A DNA stretch of 64,000 nucleotides from Plasmodiophora brassicae (lineage: Eukaryota): positions 558,001 to 622,000 of the forward strand of contig CP145428.1 of assembly GCA_036867785.1 (NCBI GenBank), read 5' to 3'. A program made the translations under genes and the position numbers. Under the pieces are notes generated by a model that made no database searches, was not told where the DNA came from, and saw only the letters and a program-made list of their open reading frames with translations. Below are positions 22,440 to 35,442 of this stretch, in pieces (position 1 is the stretch's first letter; every line of letters starts with the position of its first letter).

Positions 22440-25400
22440 ATGTCGTCATCATCGTCGGGAAGCGGCGGCAGGCGAATGTCGTTGCGGCACGCGCGATCCG
22501 TCAGCGCCAATGACGCCGGCGGCCGGGCCGACGGCGACGGCGGCGCCGGCGACGAGCAGCGCGGCCGTCTGCACGCATCGTTGTCGGGCACCGTCGAAGC
22601 CCTGGAGCTGCTCAAGTCCAAAGTCGAGGATCGGCGCCATCGCAGCAGCGCGACCCTGTCGGCGTCGGTACCGGCGCCGCCGGACGAGCCGCGCGGCAGC
22701 CACGGCCGCTCCCGCTCCATGTCCATGTCGCTCGTCAACCGAACGAAATCGCTGCTGTCGTCCCATTCCGCCGGGTCGTTTGGCGACCCATCGCCCCTCA
22801 ACAACAACGACAACGCCGTCGGTACCGTCGACCGCGTCACCAACGACAACGACGACACCGTTCCGCCAAAGGTGCGTCAGTTTGTCGTCGTCGTTGCACC
22901 ATCCATTGCAATGGGGTTATTGTTTCGACACGTTCTCGATGATGCCAAGCGTCTTTAGCGGCGCGCCGTTCTCACACCGATTGGTTCCCCTGTAGGCGGC
23001 GCGGGATTCGGTGTCGTCGGAGAAGGACAACACGGGGCCGCTACCGGTCGTGCACGAACTGTCGGACAGCGACGCGTCGTCGACGGGGCCGCGATCGAGA
23101 CGGGCGTCGCTGTCCCCGGCACGGGGGTCGTTAAGCGGCGGTGGTACCCAGCGACGATCGCTGGCCAAGCTCGTCGACGTTGTCATGGCCGAGAAGGCCG
23201 TCGAGAAGAACGGCAACTCGTTCGGCAGCGTCGCCGACCTAGGTAAGGCGCGCGTTGCCGGCCGACGCACCCTGCTGGGAGGTCGCGACGTCTGACACAT
23301 CCAGCGCAGTCATGGCCAAGAAGCGTGCGTCGCTGATCGTGTCGCCGTTAACGCCTGCGCCGCCTACGACGGCGCCGCCGCCCGATCTCCCGTCGGATAT
23401 GGGACGAAGAGGGTCCTTCTACGCGGCGTCACCTGCGTCGGATCTCCAGGCGGACGTGTCCCGACGAACGACGTTCTACGAACGCAAGTTCCAGGTACGG
23501 AACGTTTGGCCCCGCCGCCGACCTCCGCGCACGTTTAACGCGACGTCGCTCCAGAAGGAGAGGCAGAGGGAGGCGGACGAGTTGCGCCATGCGGAGCAGG
23601 TGAAGGAGCAGGCGGCGTCGCTGGAGAAGGCGTTCACGGCGGACGCGAACGCGCTGGCCGCCAAGCAGGCCCGTCTGGAGGAAACCGCCGAGCAGGTCCG
23701 CGTGCAGAGCGCTGCCGTTGACAGCAGGGCGAGCGTGCTGAACGCCGACCGCGCCCGTCTCGACGTTGAGATGGCGCACGCGCGCGAGGAGACCGAGAAG
23801 GTTGCCTGCGTGGGTCGTCCTGCGTCCTGGCCATCGCTGACCGGCCCCCTGGCTCCCCAGATCCGAATGCAGGCGACGCGCCTGTCGAAGTCGGAGGACG
23901 CGCTGCGGCAGCGGGAGATTGCCGTCCAGAACACGGAGGCGTCCCTGGTGCGCCGGGCCGACGACCTCGCCCACAGACAGGCACAGGTTCGTCGCGCGTC
24001 GCCCCCCGTGCATGCCCTTTGGCTCCACAGTGATTCCCTGGTGCGGTCCACAGCTGGAGGCGCGCGCGCACGACCTCGACGAGAAGGAGGCTGCGTTGCA
24101 GGCCGGCCTGTCCAAGATTGCCACCGTTGCCAGCGACTCGAAGGACCTGACGCGGCGCGAGGAGGCGTTCGCCGCCGAGCGCGCCGCGTTCGAAACGTTG
24201 GTCAAGGCGCATGCGGATCGCGAGCGGGAACTCGTCGCGCAGAAGGACGCGCTGGACGAGGGCGCCGCCGAGCACGCGCGCTCGAAACAGCTGTTCCAGA
24301 TCGAATCGGTACTGTCGTGGGGCGCGCGTCTGTGCACCCGCCGCCGGCTGCGTAATGAATGCAGGTTGGCAGGAAGCGCAGGAGCAGCGCGTCAAGGAGA
24401 TGGCGACGTTGCGCCGGACGCTGCTGGCGCGCGAGGGCGAGGTCGCCGCCGGGCACCTGCGCGTCGAGCTCGCCGAACGCCGCATCGCCGAGCGCGAGGC
24501 GCAGCTGGACGAACGCGAGGCCGTCGTACGCGCCGAGAAGGCCACCGTCGAACGGGAGCGCTCTGCGGCACAGGCCGACGCCAAGACGGCCGCGCTGGAC
24601 AAGTCCAAGGCGCGCGCCGACCTGGCCGCCGCCCAGGAGGCACGCGCCCAGGTCCAGGCCCTGTCCGGCGAGACGGACGCCCAGCTGTCCGCCCTGCAAC
24701 GCCGGGAGACGGCCCTGCACGACAAGGAGAGCGAGGTCGAGACGCTGCTCCTGCGGTTGAAGACACGCGAGGGCGATGTCGCCGGCCTCGGCAAGCGTCT
24801 CGAACTGGAGCGCGTCGAACTCGAGAAGCGTCGACAGGTTCGTGGGGCGCCCGTTGCGTCGCGCCTGCGCTGACGATCGGGCGTTCGTTGTCAGGCGCTG
24901 CTCGAACGGGAAGGGGAGCTGAACGCCCGCGAACGCGACCTGCTGGACGGGGACCGTGCCCTGCAGGACCGGCTGGCCAAGGCGAACGAGGCGCTGGCCC
25001 AGCGGCAGCAGCAGCTGGACAGGGACGTCGAGGACGCGCAGCGCCGTCAGAGCGCCGTCTCTGCGCGCGAAGCGGCGTTCGTCGCTCGCGAAACCGAACT
25101 CGCCGATCGCCTGGCCGCCGGCGAGGCGTCGCTGGCGGCCCGGGGCGGCGATGTCGCCGACGCCGAGCGCCGCCTCGACCAGGAGCGTGTCGCGCTCGCC
25201 GCATGCACGCGCCGCCTCGACGACGAACGTCGCATGTTCGACGAGGCGCGCGCCGCCTGCGAGGACGAGTTCGAGCGCGAGCGCCTGGCCATCGCGGAGC
25301 AGGGTGCCGTCGTCGCCCGCGACCGGGACGAGTTCGAGCACGCGCGTGTCGCCCACGACGAGGCGGCCGCTGCCGAGCGCGCCCGGCTCGAATCCGCCCG

Positions 25401-28025
25401 GGCGGACCTGGCGCAACGCGAGGCGCAGGTAGGAGGGCGCGCGTCTCGACCCGCCGCCGCCGCTGTGCTCGTTGACACCGTGTCGCGCGCCCGCAGGTCC
25501 AGGCACGAGACGTCGAGGTGCGGGCGCTGCGCGCCGACGTGGAATCGCGCTCGGCCGTGATCGACCAGGTGGCGTCGGCGCGCGCCTCGCTGTCCCGGAT
25601 GATCGACGAGGTGCGCGTTCGTCGCGACCGGCTCGCCGCCCTGGCCGCCGACCTGGACGCCAGCCGCGAGGCGCTCCGCGCCGACCAGGACGCCGTTCGG
25701 GCGCGCGCCGCCCAGCTCGACGACCTGTCGCTGGCGCTGGACGCCCGCGAGCGTCAGTGCTCGGCGCGCGAATCCGCCCTCGAGCAGGCGCAGCTGGCGC
25801 TCGGCAACGCCCGGGCGGAACTCGCCGAGCGCACGCAGGTCGCCCAGCGCGAACGCGACGCGGACGCTGCGCTTCGTGTCCAGGTACGCGGCACGGCCAT
25901 CGCCCATCGTCGCCTTGCCCTGATCGTGTCGGATGATAGGTCGCGTCGCGGTTGGACGCCCTGCGGCAACAGGAGGCGGAGACGGCCGCGAAGGCGACGG
26001 CCGTTGCCGAGGAACGCGCGCGCCTCGCCGCCGAACGCGACGCCTGTCGCAGCGAGGCGGCGCGGGTGGCGGCGCTGTCCGAACGGCACGACGCGGATCG
26101 TCATGCGCTGCGCGCCGATCGCGAACGCCACCTGGCGCAGGTCGCCGAGGCGACCGCGGACCTCGATCGGCAACGCGGGGACGTCGCCCAGCGCCTGCAA
26201 CGGGTCGACGCCGACGCGCGCGCCGTTGCCGAACGCGAGGGCGCCGTCGCCGAACGCGAGGCGACCGTCGCCCGCGAGGTGCGCTCCGCCCTGGACCAGC
26301 TCGAGGAACGCCAGGCGGCGCTGGACGCCCAGGACGCGAAGAACGCGCACGCCAGCGCCCAGCTGGACGGCGAACGGGAAGCGCTGCGCGCCCGCGAGGC
26401 GGACCTCGACTCGCGGGCGGCGCGCCTCGACGCGCAGGACGAGGCGGTACGGGAGGAGCGCGCGGCGCTGGACGCCCGCGTTGCCCGGTGCGACGCGCAG
26501 GAGGTTCGCGTCCACGAGGAGTTGCAGGCGCGCAGCGAGGAGATTCGCAGCGCCCGCGCCGCCCTGGACGCCGAACGCGTCGTCCATGTCGCGCGTGCAC
26601 AGGTGACCTCCCCGTTTGTGCATTGCCGTGTCGCCGCTGATCGTCGTCGTTGCTGTGGCAGGAGGTCCGCGACGCCCAGGACCGGCTGGATCGCGAGACG
26701 AGGGAGATTCGCGGCGAGCGCGCCCGTCTGGCCGACGACGTTCGCGCGCGGGATCGCGCCGCCGCCGACCTGTCGACGCGGGAGGCGCACCTGCGCCAGG
26801 CGGAATCGGCGCTGGCGCATCGGGCGGCGGAACTCGCCGACCGGGAGCGCCGCCTGGCCGACGTCGAGGCGCGGATCGACGCGCGGGCCTCGGCGCTGGC
26901 GCAGGCGTTGCGCGCGTCCCAGTCGGCGGTGACCAAGACGCGCGCCCTGGAGGCGCAGGCGCACGCGTTGCAGTCGGCGATCGCCGAGCAGAAGCAGGCC
27001 AAGGTCGGTGCTGCTGTGGACGCGCGTCGTCTGCGTCGTCGTCTGACACGGATCCCGGCAGGCAACGGTCGACGGGGAGGTCCACGAAGCGCAACGCCAG
27101 ATGCGTCAGCTGCGCGACGACCGCCATGCGGTCCAGGCGGCGCTGGACGCGCTCCGCCTAGAGGTGGACGAGGCGAAGGCGGCGCGCGCCCGCCTGCAAG
27201 CGGAGGGCGCTGCGAATGCCGCCCAAGTCGCCCAGCAACGCGCCGCCCTGGAGCACCGCCAGGCGCGGCTGGCGACGCTCCAGGCGCGCCTCCAGGAACG
27301 CGAAGACGAGTGCGCCCGGCGCGAATCGGCCCTGCACGCGCAGGAGCAGACCCAGTTCGCCCAGGTACGCGTGTGGATCCCTGCGTCGTCGTGCCCCGTC
27401 GCTGACGATGGATGCGCGCGCGCGCCCGCAGGTGAAGAGCAAGATGCGGGACCTGCAGCGGTCGTTGCACGAGCGCGGCGCCGACAACAACGTTGCTGCT
27501 GCTGCTGCTGTTCCCGGTCGTCGACGTTCCGTGTCGCCCGGTGCGTCGTCGTCGTCGTCGTCGTGGTCCACTCAGGCCGACCGTCGCGGGCTGTGGGTGG
27601 CGGGTTGCCCGTCGCCGGACGCCGACCGGGTCGAGCACCTGCTTCGGGAGCTGCGCGCCGGCCCTCGTGGCGACGACCCGCGCCTGGGCGACATCGAGCG
27701 GGCCCTGCGCGAGCTTCGCGGGCCTCGCCACGAGGCGATCGTGGCGGCGCTCGGCGCGGATCGGCACGTGCAGGGCGAGTTGCAGCGGGCCTGGATGCGC
27801 GACCTGCAGGACCGGGTCGTGCAGCCGCTGGCCAGCCTGCAGGAGCGCTGGGCGCTGGACGACGACGACGACCGGGAGGTGTCGGCGGCGGCGGCGAACC
27901 CAGCAACCGCGCAGGTCGACGAGTTCGAGGTGTTCCGGCAGCAGGTACGCGCGGACCCGTCGTTCCGCGCGTCCCTGCACTCCAGGTCGCCGTCGATCGA
28001 CGCGCGGCGCTCCCGTCCCAGGTGA
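22440..28025 (+). CDS. Large multi-exon coiled-coil protein with Ser-rich disordered N-terminus
   Basis: Successive exons rich in E/R/A/L heptads (e.g. ELAERRIAEREAQLDEREA) separated by ~55-70 nt GT-AG introns; ends SRPR* at 28025. Confidence 0.8.
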
Positions 28026-28635
28026 CCCTGAACGCGTTGCACCTCTCGCCGGCGCCGTCCCCCCGTATTTATAATAACACATCCACCGATAGACTTGTAT
28101 TCGTCGTTTCGCACGGCGTTCGCCAAAGGCCGGCAGGGGCGCGCCTGCGCAGGTGTTGCCGTTGACGCGCCCGCGCACCGAGGCGCCAGGGCCGGGCGGG
28201 GCATTCGACCGTCACGACGCTACTATAGAGGATGTTGTCTCTACCGGCGCCTGTTCAGGCCCGTCGTCAGACATGGCGGCCAGGAACGTGGCTGCGACTT
28301 CTGCGTAGTAGTCGTCTGGTGCGCAGGAACGAGCCTGGGGCACGTCCGCCTCGGAACAGTAAACCTGCGCGGTGTCACGTCCCGTGCACGCCCGTCGCGC
28401 AAAACGCCGTTCGCTCACGGCGGACGGTCGCGCACTGGGCGGCGGGACCAAAAATAGAGCAGGTCTGCGTGTGCAACACGTGCGTGCGGAGCGACCAGTG
28501 GTCAAGACGTGTCCAGCGAGCGCCCTGTGCCGCAGAATGCCTGAGACTGTGCGGCAGGCGCGAAGCGCTCCGGATTGCAGGGCGCCGCAGGTGACGGGCG
28601 GTACCCATCTGCTGTCGATCACGTCGCTGTTGACC

Positions 28636-29653
28636 ATGCCCTACCAGTTCGCAATCCTGGCTTGGGCCGCCCTAACGTTTGCGCTTCTGTCCGACGTCAC
28701 GGCAGGAGCGACGACGCCGATGGGTCCAAAAGAACGGTACGTGCACATTCGAACGCTACAACGGACAATGCAAGGGAAGGTCGACCTGGGCATGGATCGT
28801 ACGACAGGCAACATAGTGGCGTTGAAGGGGTCACAAAGGTTCGCCGTGGACCACATGACGACGCTGAACGGCCTCCACGTTGTCGAGAACCCATTACAAG
28901 AGAGGCGTGTCCTGGAGACGCTGAACTGCCCCGGCCATCCGAACGTCATTCGCCTGGTCGATTCGTTTGAGGACGGCCGATACTACTGGATGGTGCTGGA
29001 GTTCGCCTCGCAAGGTGATATCTTGGACCTGATTAATGCAGATGGGCGCGGGCATCTGGATGAGGCGTCGGCTGCGAAGTACTTCTTGCAATTGCTCAGG
29101 GCACTCGAGTAAGGCGCTCTGACCTTGTCACGATTGATCTAACATACATTATTGCTGTTTTAGATACATTCACGGCAAACGAATCTGCCACCTGGACGTG
29201 TCGCTCGAGAACATTCTGTTGGACGAACACAGAAATATCAAGCTGGCCGATTACGGAGTGGCCCTGGAGTTCGACCCGGACAGACCTTTCCCGGAATGTT
29301 CTCCGCAGACGCGTCCCGGCAAGCCCGGGTATGCGTCACCCGAAATCATGGAGTGCAAACTGCCGTTCATAGGCCCCCAAGCCGACCTGTACAGTGCCGG
29401 CATCGTCCTCTTTGTCATGCTATTCGGTTGCTATCCGTACGAGAAACCGGATACGTTGACCGATCCAGGGTTCCGCCTCGTTCGCAATGGCCAGCTTGCC
29501 GAACTGGTACACGCCCTGAACAAGTCCCCGTCCAAGCACGCCGTTGAACTTCTATCTGGCTTGCTCTGCCCTGCCGAATCTCGTCTGTCGCTTCCACAGG
29601 TATTGCAGCACCCCTGGATCGCACAGATCGGCGTCTCGCAGGGTGCGCCATGA
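28636..29653 (+). CDS. Ser/Thr protein kinase (CAMK-like) with N-terminal signal-peptide-like sequence; intron 29109-29163
   Basis: VALK, HPNVIRL, MVLEF, CHLDVSLENIL, KLADYG, GKPGYASPE, DLYSAG; N-terminus MPYQFAILAWAALTFALLSDVTAG. Confidence 0.9.
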
Positions 29654-30064
29654 ACCCGGGAGCGCGACAAACAAGACGACCAGTTGCTACGTGCACCTTT
29701 GTTCAGCGCCACTGTCAATACAACCTTTGCATCACGAAACACGCTTTAGCAGGCGACCAATTGTAAGTTCAGCGATCACGAATCAGTTGTGAGACAACCC
29801 GCCTCGATATGCGATCCCAAAGAGAAACGTACGTACGTACGACATCGTTTCCGGCACCGCTGTTGACATTACCATGTGCGGTACCAGGTTTGCCACCTTT
29901 CGCTTCGACTACTGCACCTCAGGCCTTGCTGAGTAAGCGCTGAATTGTGCTGGATCGCCCCGGGCCGACGCGACTACGTAATCGGGAGGCGCAGACACGC
30001 ACCAATATCGTTAATTTATGACAGCAGGACCCGGCTCGCGACGTCTTCCTGAGGTCGAAAGGTA

Positions 30065-31231
30065 CTACGAGATACAACTGGCGGCACCGTGGAGGCATTT
30101 CGTCGGTGGTGGTTCGGGTGACGAAACAACAACGCGAGGTGGACCGACATAAGCGGACATAGTGGGTCGTCGACGGTCAGCGTCCGAGTAGGTACGCACG
30201 CATACGACCTGGGCGAAGATGAGGACGTTGGCGGCAAGGTGTGATCCCTAGAACGAATTGTTGTCCTCATCAGCCGAAGGGTGCTAGTGCATGCGCATGC
30301 GAACGCTGACCATGGTGGTGATATACATGTAATCGTCCTCCAGGGGCCTCTGCTGGGCGACACCGACGACGTAGCAAATCTGCAGGATTGTGAAGGACAG
30401 TGTTGCGACGCCACACCAACGAATTCTGCACGTCTGACTGTCAGACACCCGCAGCACATGGCGTACATTGGCGTACACAGAACGGGTCTACCTTTGCGCG
30501 AGCAGTTTACGGGAGCGTTGTTCCGCAGAGGATAGCCTGGAGAAGACTCGCCTGTGTAGAATATTGTTCAGCAGTCGCCCGCCCATCACCTATTGAGACA
30601 CCACACCGTTATACGCCAGCGGTAGGAGCAGGCGAAACGTTGTGATGCCTACGAGGAAAGCGAGCGTGATCGGAATGAACGTGGTGGCGTAGACAACGAA
30701 CGCAACGCAGGTCCAGGGATTGGTGGGGGTCCTCGGCATCGTGGCCGCCGATATTCGCAGGCAAAGGACGGCAAGTACAACTGCCCAGGCGAACGTGGCC
30801 GCTCGCCTTCGAACTACTTGCCGACGAACGATACGTACGTGAACATTCGATACTTCCCACAGTGCCACAGCCAGGACCTATACACAGACAGCCAAGCGGC
30901 CGTGACTAACGGTACGCCGATGTCATCGGCGAATTCGGAATACCATCGTGGAGATGAGGAGGAAGACGTCGGACGTTTCCGCAAAGAAGCTGGTGATGGC
31001 ATCAGGTATGGCCGTCGTCGTCCTGGTTAGCGCATGCGCAATGGGGGCAAGCCTCCATGCCGAGGAGAGCGTCGTGGCGGAAAGCACGCCGGCGACGACG
31101 AACGTGGACGACCGTTGCCGGCCACCCTGCCCCCGCCATAACAGGGCCTTGTACACCGACAACGATAAGTTAACGAAGGTTAGTAGGCCCTGCGCCATCC
31201 ACAGCATCCAGGTATCGGTGTCGTCCCCCAT
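30065..31231 (-). CDS. Putative multi-pass membrane protein (GPCR-like), exon structure uncertain
   Basis: Series of hydrophobic segments in ORFs 30923..31372, 30590..30868 and 30284..30478; a frame change near 30940 needs an intron or frameshift. Confidence 0.4.
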
Positions 31232-31340
31232 CGTCTTGGTCGACCTTCTGTCCGGGTCGACCCACGACGTGAGGGAGCCAAATCCGGATGAGCGTGGGCC
31301 GGCAAACGATTCCTGCAGGCGGGGAGGCGGTTCCCCGCCT

Positions 31341-32789
31341 TCAGGAACCTTTCGACGCTTTATTGGCGGCACTGTACGTAAGCAGGGTGATCATGTAAGG
31401 GTCGCCATCAGCTATGGCCCACTGCAGGGGCGTTAGTAGGTCCGAGTCGCGGGCGTCCACATCGATCCCAGGGGCGTTCAGCAGTAGCCGGACGAGGTCA
31501 TGGCGCCCGCCCAGCACAGCCCTGTGCAGCGGCGTGCACAGACGCTGGTCGCGTGCGTTGACGTCGACTGCTGGGGCCGCCAGCAGCACCTCGACGACGA
31601 CGATGTGCCCAGAAATGGCGGCCCAGTGCAGAGGCGTACACAGCTGGATGCCCTCGCGTGCGTTGACATCGATACCAGGCGACCTGACCAACAACTCAAC
31701 GACACGAACGTGCCCAATCGATGCCGCACAGTGCAACGGCGTCCATTGGTTGAGGCCCCTCGCGTTAACGTTGACCCGGGCGGTTCCCAACAGCATCGCA
31801 ACGAGGTTATAACGACCGAGGGCAGCGGCTCTGTGCAACGGCGTCATATTGTTGCTGTCGCGTGCGTTGACGTCGACGCCGGGGGCCTGCGTGAGCAGAC
31901 CGACGACGTCGTCGTGTCCCCAGGTCACTGCCCAGTGCAGAGGCGTCATCAGGCCGATGTTTCGAGCGTTGGCATCGACGCCAGGCGCGCTTAACAGCAT
32001 CCCGACGATGGCAACGTTGCCGATAGCGACGGCCATGTGTAAGGGCGCACAGAAGCCCGCGTCCTCAGCGTTGACATCGATTCCAGGGGCCGTCAACAGG
32101 AACGCGACGATCAGTTCGTCTTCATGACGGACGGCCCAGTGCAGCAGGTTGCCGGACGCATCCCACTCATCGGTATTGACGAGGCTGGCATTGCCTCCGA
32201 GCATCAGAGCATCGCGGATGCGCCTGACGATTGCTCTCTGGGCGTCGCTGTGTGCGACCTGACCAAGTCGGACGACGCTGGGCGTCTTGTCGACCACGAA
32301 CGAAAGCAGGTCGGCGTGCAGGTCGCCGCGCATCGCAGAGACATCGCCCCAGCCGCGATTCATGGATGCGATGGCAGACGTCAGCAAGGGCATATCGAGG
32401 TAGTCGGCGGCCAGGAGCGCTCGACATTGGACATCGAGCCCTGCCGCTGACAGCCTCGCCTGCGCCCATACGGCGGCGCCATCGACCTGTCTTGGTATGT
32501 CAGTGATCGGCGACGCCGTTGAGGGAGTGACACGCCATGTGAGACGTACGTCGTCGGGTGGCGTTGCTGCTATGAACTCCACAATCAGCTGTAACTCGGC
32601 GTGTGCGACCATCGGCAGGGGAACGAGGTCGATGTCGCCTCCGCCCATAGCAAGGACGAGGTCGGTAAGCACTCTGCAGTGTCGGACGGCTTGGGACGTG
32701 TTGACGACGTGGTCAACAGCATCGTTGGAGCGCAGCGTGACCGCAGTCGTGATGTCGAGGAGGGCGATCACGACCAAGGAGAACCACAT
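31341..32789 (-). CDS. Secreted Skp1/BTB-like + ankyrin-repeat protein (effector candidate)
   Basis: Signal peptide MWFSLVVIALLDITTA; VTLRSND...PLPMV...LQLIVEF...LLAADYLDMPLL (Skp1-like); about 8 TPLHxA...LL.APG.DVNA ankyrin repeats. Confidence 0.9.
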   Translation of the reverse strand: MWFSLVVIALLDITTAVTLRSNDAVDHVVNTSQAVRHCRVLTDLVLAMGGGDIDLVPLPMVAHAELQLIVEFIAATPPDDVRLTWRVTPSTASPITDIPRQVDGAAVWAQARLSAAGLDVQCRALLAADYLDMPLLTSAIASMNRGWGDVSAMRGDLHADLLSFVVDKTPSVVRLGQVAHSDAQRAIVRRIRDALMLGGNASLVNTDEWDASGNLLHWAVRHEDELIVAFLLTAPGIDVNAEDAGFCAPLHMAVAIGNVAIVGMLLSAPGVDANARNIGLMTPLHWAVTWGHDDVVGLLTQAPGVDVNARDSNNMTPLHRAAALGRYNLVAMLLGTARVNVNARGLNQWTPLHCAASIGHVRVVELLVRSPGIDVNAREGIQLCTPLHWAAISGHIVVVEVLLAAPAVDVNARDQRLCTPLHRAVLGGRHDLVRLLLNAPGIDVDARDSDLLTPLQWAIADGDPYMITLLTYSAANKASKGS

Positions 32790-33421
32790 CGGGACTGGGA
32801 TGCGGCGCCGATTGCAAGCTTCCGTCGGCGACGTCTGCGATAGTTAGGCGCGGCGCCCGGCTCGTTGTGTGTGCGGGCCACTCACACGACGACAAACCCC
32901 TCTATAACCGCCCAGCAGTCGAGTTACGTGGAGGAGGTCGCTCAGAGCGTCCCGTCTGCGTCGGGGAGGCCTTGCCCGCTCCCTGTCCCCGTACCACGTT
33001 TCACCGGAGAGGGAGCTGATCATGTGTGGCGTCTTCGTGGCTTACGGCGGCGATAGCGCCCCGGGTGAACATCGTGCGGGGGCATTCCCGCTGGCCTTGA
33101 GCGAAATTGCCATGACGATTGGTGTCTCGGGTGATCAGCAGACGCCGTTGCCATGCCACACGCCGATGGGTCGTCGTACGACCTGGTCATTCGCCCACTG
33201 GGGAAAACGTGCACGTGGCCGTTGAGTCATTGGCGTACCGTTATTGTCAGCGTCACTGGAGGGACAACAGGCCCAAGGGGTGCAACGCCAAACGGCAGTC
33301 TGTTTCGGTACGCCCTCAACATCGGCTGCTGCTAGTTTGAGGGTACGATCGCTAGGGACCCCCTCAACGTATCTCCATCCACGATGGTAAAGTTCTGCCC
33401 GACCTTATAGATACGCTGCCC

Positions 33422-35091
33422 ATGCTGCATGACGTGGCGAACGCTATCGCCACCGTCATGCTCGTCCTCGACGGCATCATTGTCCTGCCGTCCGTCGTCG
33501 CCTACCTGCGCCGTCGGCATCGCCAGCAGATCCGTGCCCGCCTGCCCATCCTGACCGTCGTCATCATCCTGGCCCTGCAGGTCAAGGTCACCCACGACCT
33601 ATTGATGGTGGCCACCGACAACCGCTACCTGAACTGCGACGCCAAAGCCGTCATGATCGTGCTGACGTTTGTGGCGACGGCCACGTTCAACCTGCGGGCC
33701 GCCCTGCTCTACTGGTCGTACCGCGTCACACGATCGCGAATGATCCTCGCGGCCGTCCCGCTGCAGCCGTCCAGCCCCGACGACACATCGTCCGACTACA
33801 ATGCCGAGATGGCAATCGTCCCGGTCGTTGCAACCGACCCATCGCCCGCCTGTGCTGATGCCCGGCCCGAGCATGACGCGCCTGACGGGCGAGGCGCATC
33901 ACCGGGCAAGAGCGCGTCCCAGAAGCCGCTGTTCCACAAGCCGATGGGCAGCATGCCGGTCCTGAAGACGCAGCATAGCCTGTCCGGGTCCGACCAATGG
34001 TACCTGACGCACCCGGGCGTGACCAGCACGCCATCCATCGTTCGCATCATGGCCGTCAGCGTGGCCGTCCATGTCCTGGTCCTGCTCGGGTCGTTCGTCG
34101 ACGTGGCCAGGTACCCACAGACCGCAGCGGATCGATGCGCTGAATCCGCCCCGTATACGATCTTCATGTTCCTGTGGACAGCCGTCCTTCTCGCCCAGCA
34201 ATTCTACTACGTCGTCCGAATCCGGGTCGTCGTCGACGTCTTCCAGATTCGCAAAGAGCTGATGCTGGTATGGTACTCGTCGACGGCCTTGCTGGTCGCG
34301 TACCTGGTCCCCCCGCTGCTTGTGATCAACGACACCGTCTTCCCGGTCCTCCCGCTCGCCTACTGGGCCATGCACAAATTCCAGGTCGCCGTCCAGCTCA
34401 TCCAGCCCGTGTACCGGTCGTCAGAAAACGTCGACGACGACGAATTCATCCGGCAGCAGGGGCGTCCACCGATCACCCGCGTCATCGAGACAGACGAAGG
34501 CGCCGCTGCCCTGACCGCCTTCATGGCCACCGAGTTCGCCGTCGAGTCGCCCCTGTTCCTGATCGCCGTCCGGGACTTCCAGCGTCTGTTCCCCAGACGG
34601 GTACGTTCCTGCAGTGGTGACCCGACACTGACTGGCGACTGACGACGAGGCATGTGTTGCCGCTCCATTCACAGTTGAAGGTCAGGAGGCCCAGTCCGTC
34701 CAGCGGGAGATCGTCCGCTGGATCGTGGGGCTCCTGCGGCGGTCAGCTCAGCAGCTTCGTGCTGAATTCGAGTACGGCCGCGGAAACCAATATGATGCAG
34801 GCGCCGGATCAGGAATCGACGGGTTGGGTGCGGCAGCAGGTGCCGGCGGCGGCCACAGATGCGGCGCTGGCCATCTACCACGCGTTCATCAAGCAGGGCG
34901 CGCCGCTGCAGGTGAACATCAGCTCGGACGCGCATAACGCCGTCCTGGCCGCCATCCGGGAACCTGGTGGCAATATCAACAAGTACATGTTCGATCTGGC
35001 CGTCAACGATGTCGTTTCGCTGTTCAAAGGCGGGCCCGTGACACGGTTCTGGACTTCCGAGCACGGACGACGACTGCTGGCGCTTGGATAG
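33422..35091 (+). CDS. 7TM-RGS protein 1; intron 34601-34674
   Basis: Hydrophobic helices, QIRAR.P, DVFQIRKEL; RGS motifs FMATEFAVESPLFL...IYHAFIKQGAPLQVNIS...MFDLA...RF. Confidence 0.88.
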
Positions 35092-35442
35092 GCCATCGGT
35101 TTAGACTAACCACCGTATTCGACTGTTTGATGCATAAAACCTGCCATTGCTAGACCACAGAACGCACCACCTGTGCCGGTCGATGACGACACGACCAGAC
35201 GGTATAGCAGAGAATTCAACGTTGTGCTAAGCCAGCCGTGGTAATGACTAATGACTCATCAATCATCAACCATCAGGCGGTTGCCGAGAGGGATCCTGCG
35301 TTAATCACATTTTACGGATAGGAGAACATGAAATATCTGTTCAGATCGACGCGTCCTCGCGTACCTGCAGGTTTATATGTCGACCCTACCCAACGTCTAG
35401 ATATCGCCCCATAGTTGAAGATACGCTGTTGCTGGCTGACTG

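Noticed and set aside
23400-28200. Very long minus-strand and alternative-frame ORFs (e.g. 25047..28178, 1043 aa)
   Set aside because: Arg/Pro/Ala-rich shadow ORFs caused by high GC, opposite the coiled-coil gene.
29826-29842. (acgt)n microsatellite
   Set aside because: About three to four units; unremarkable.
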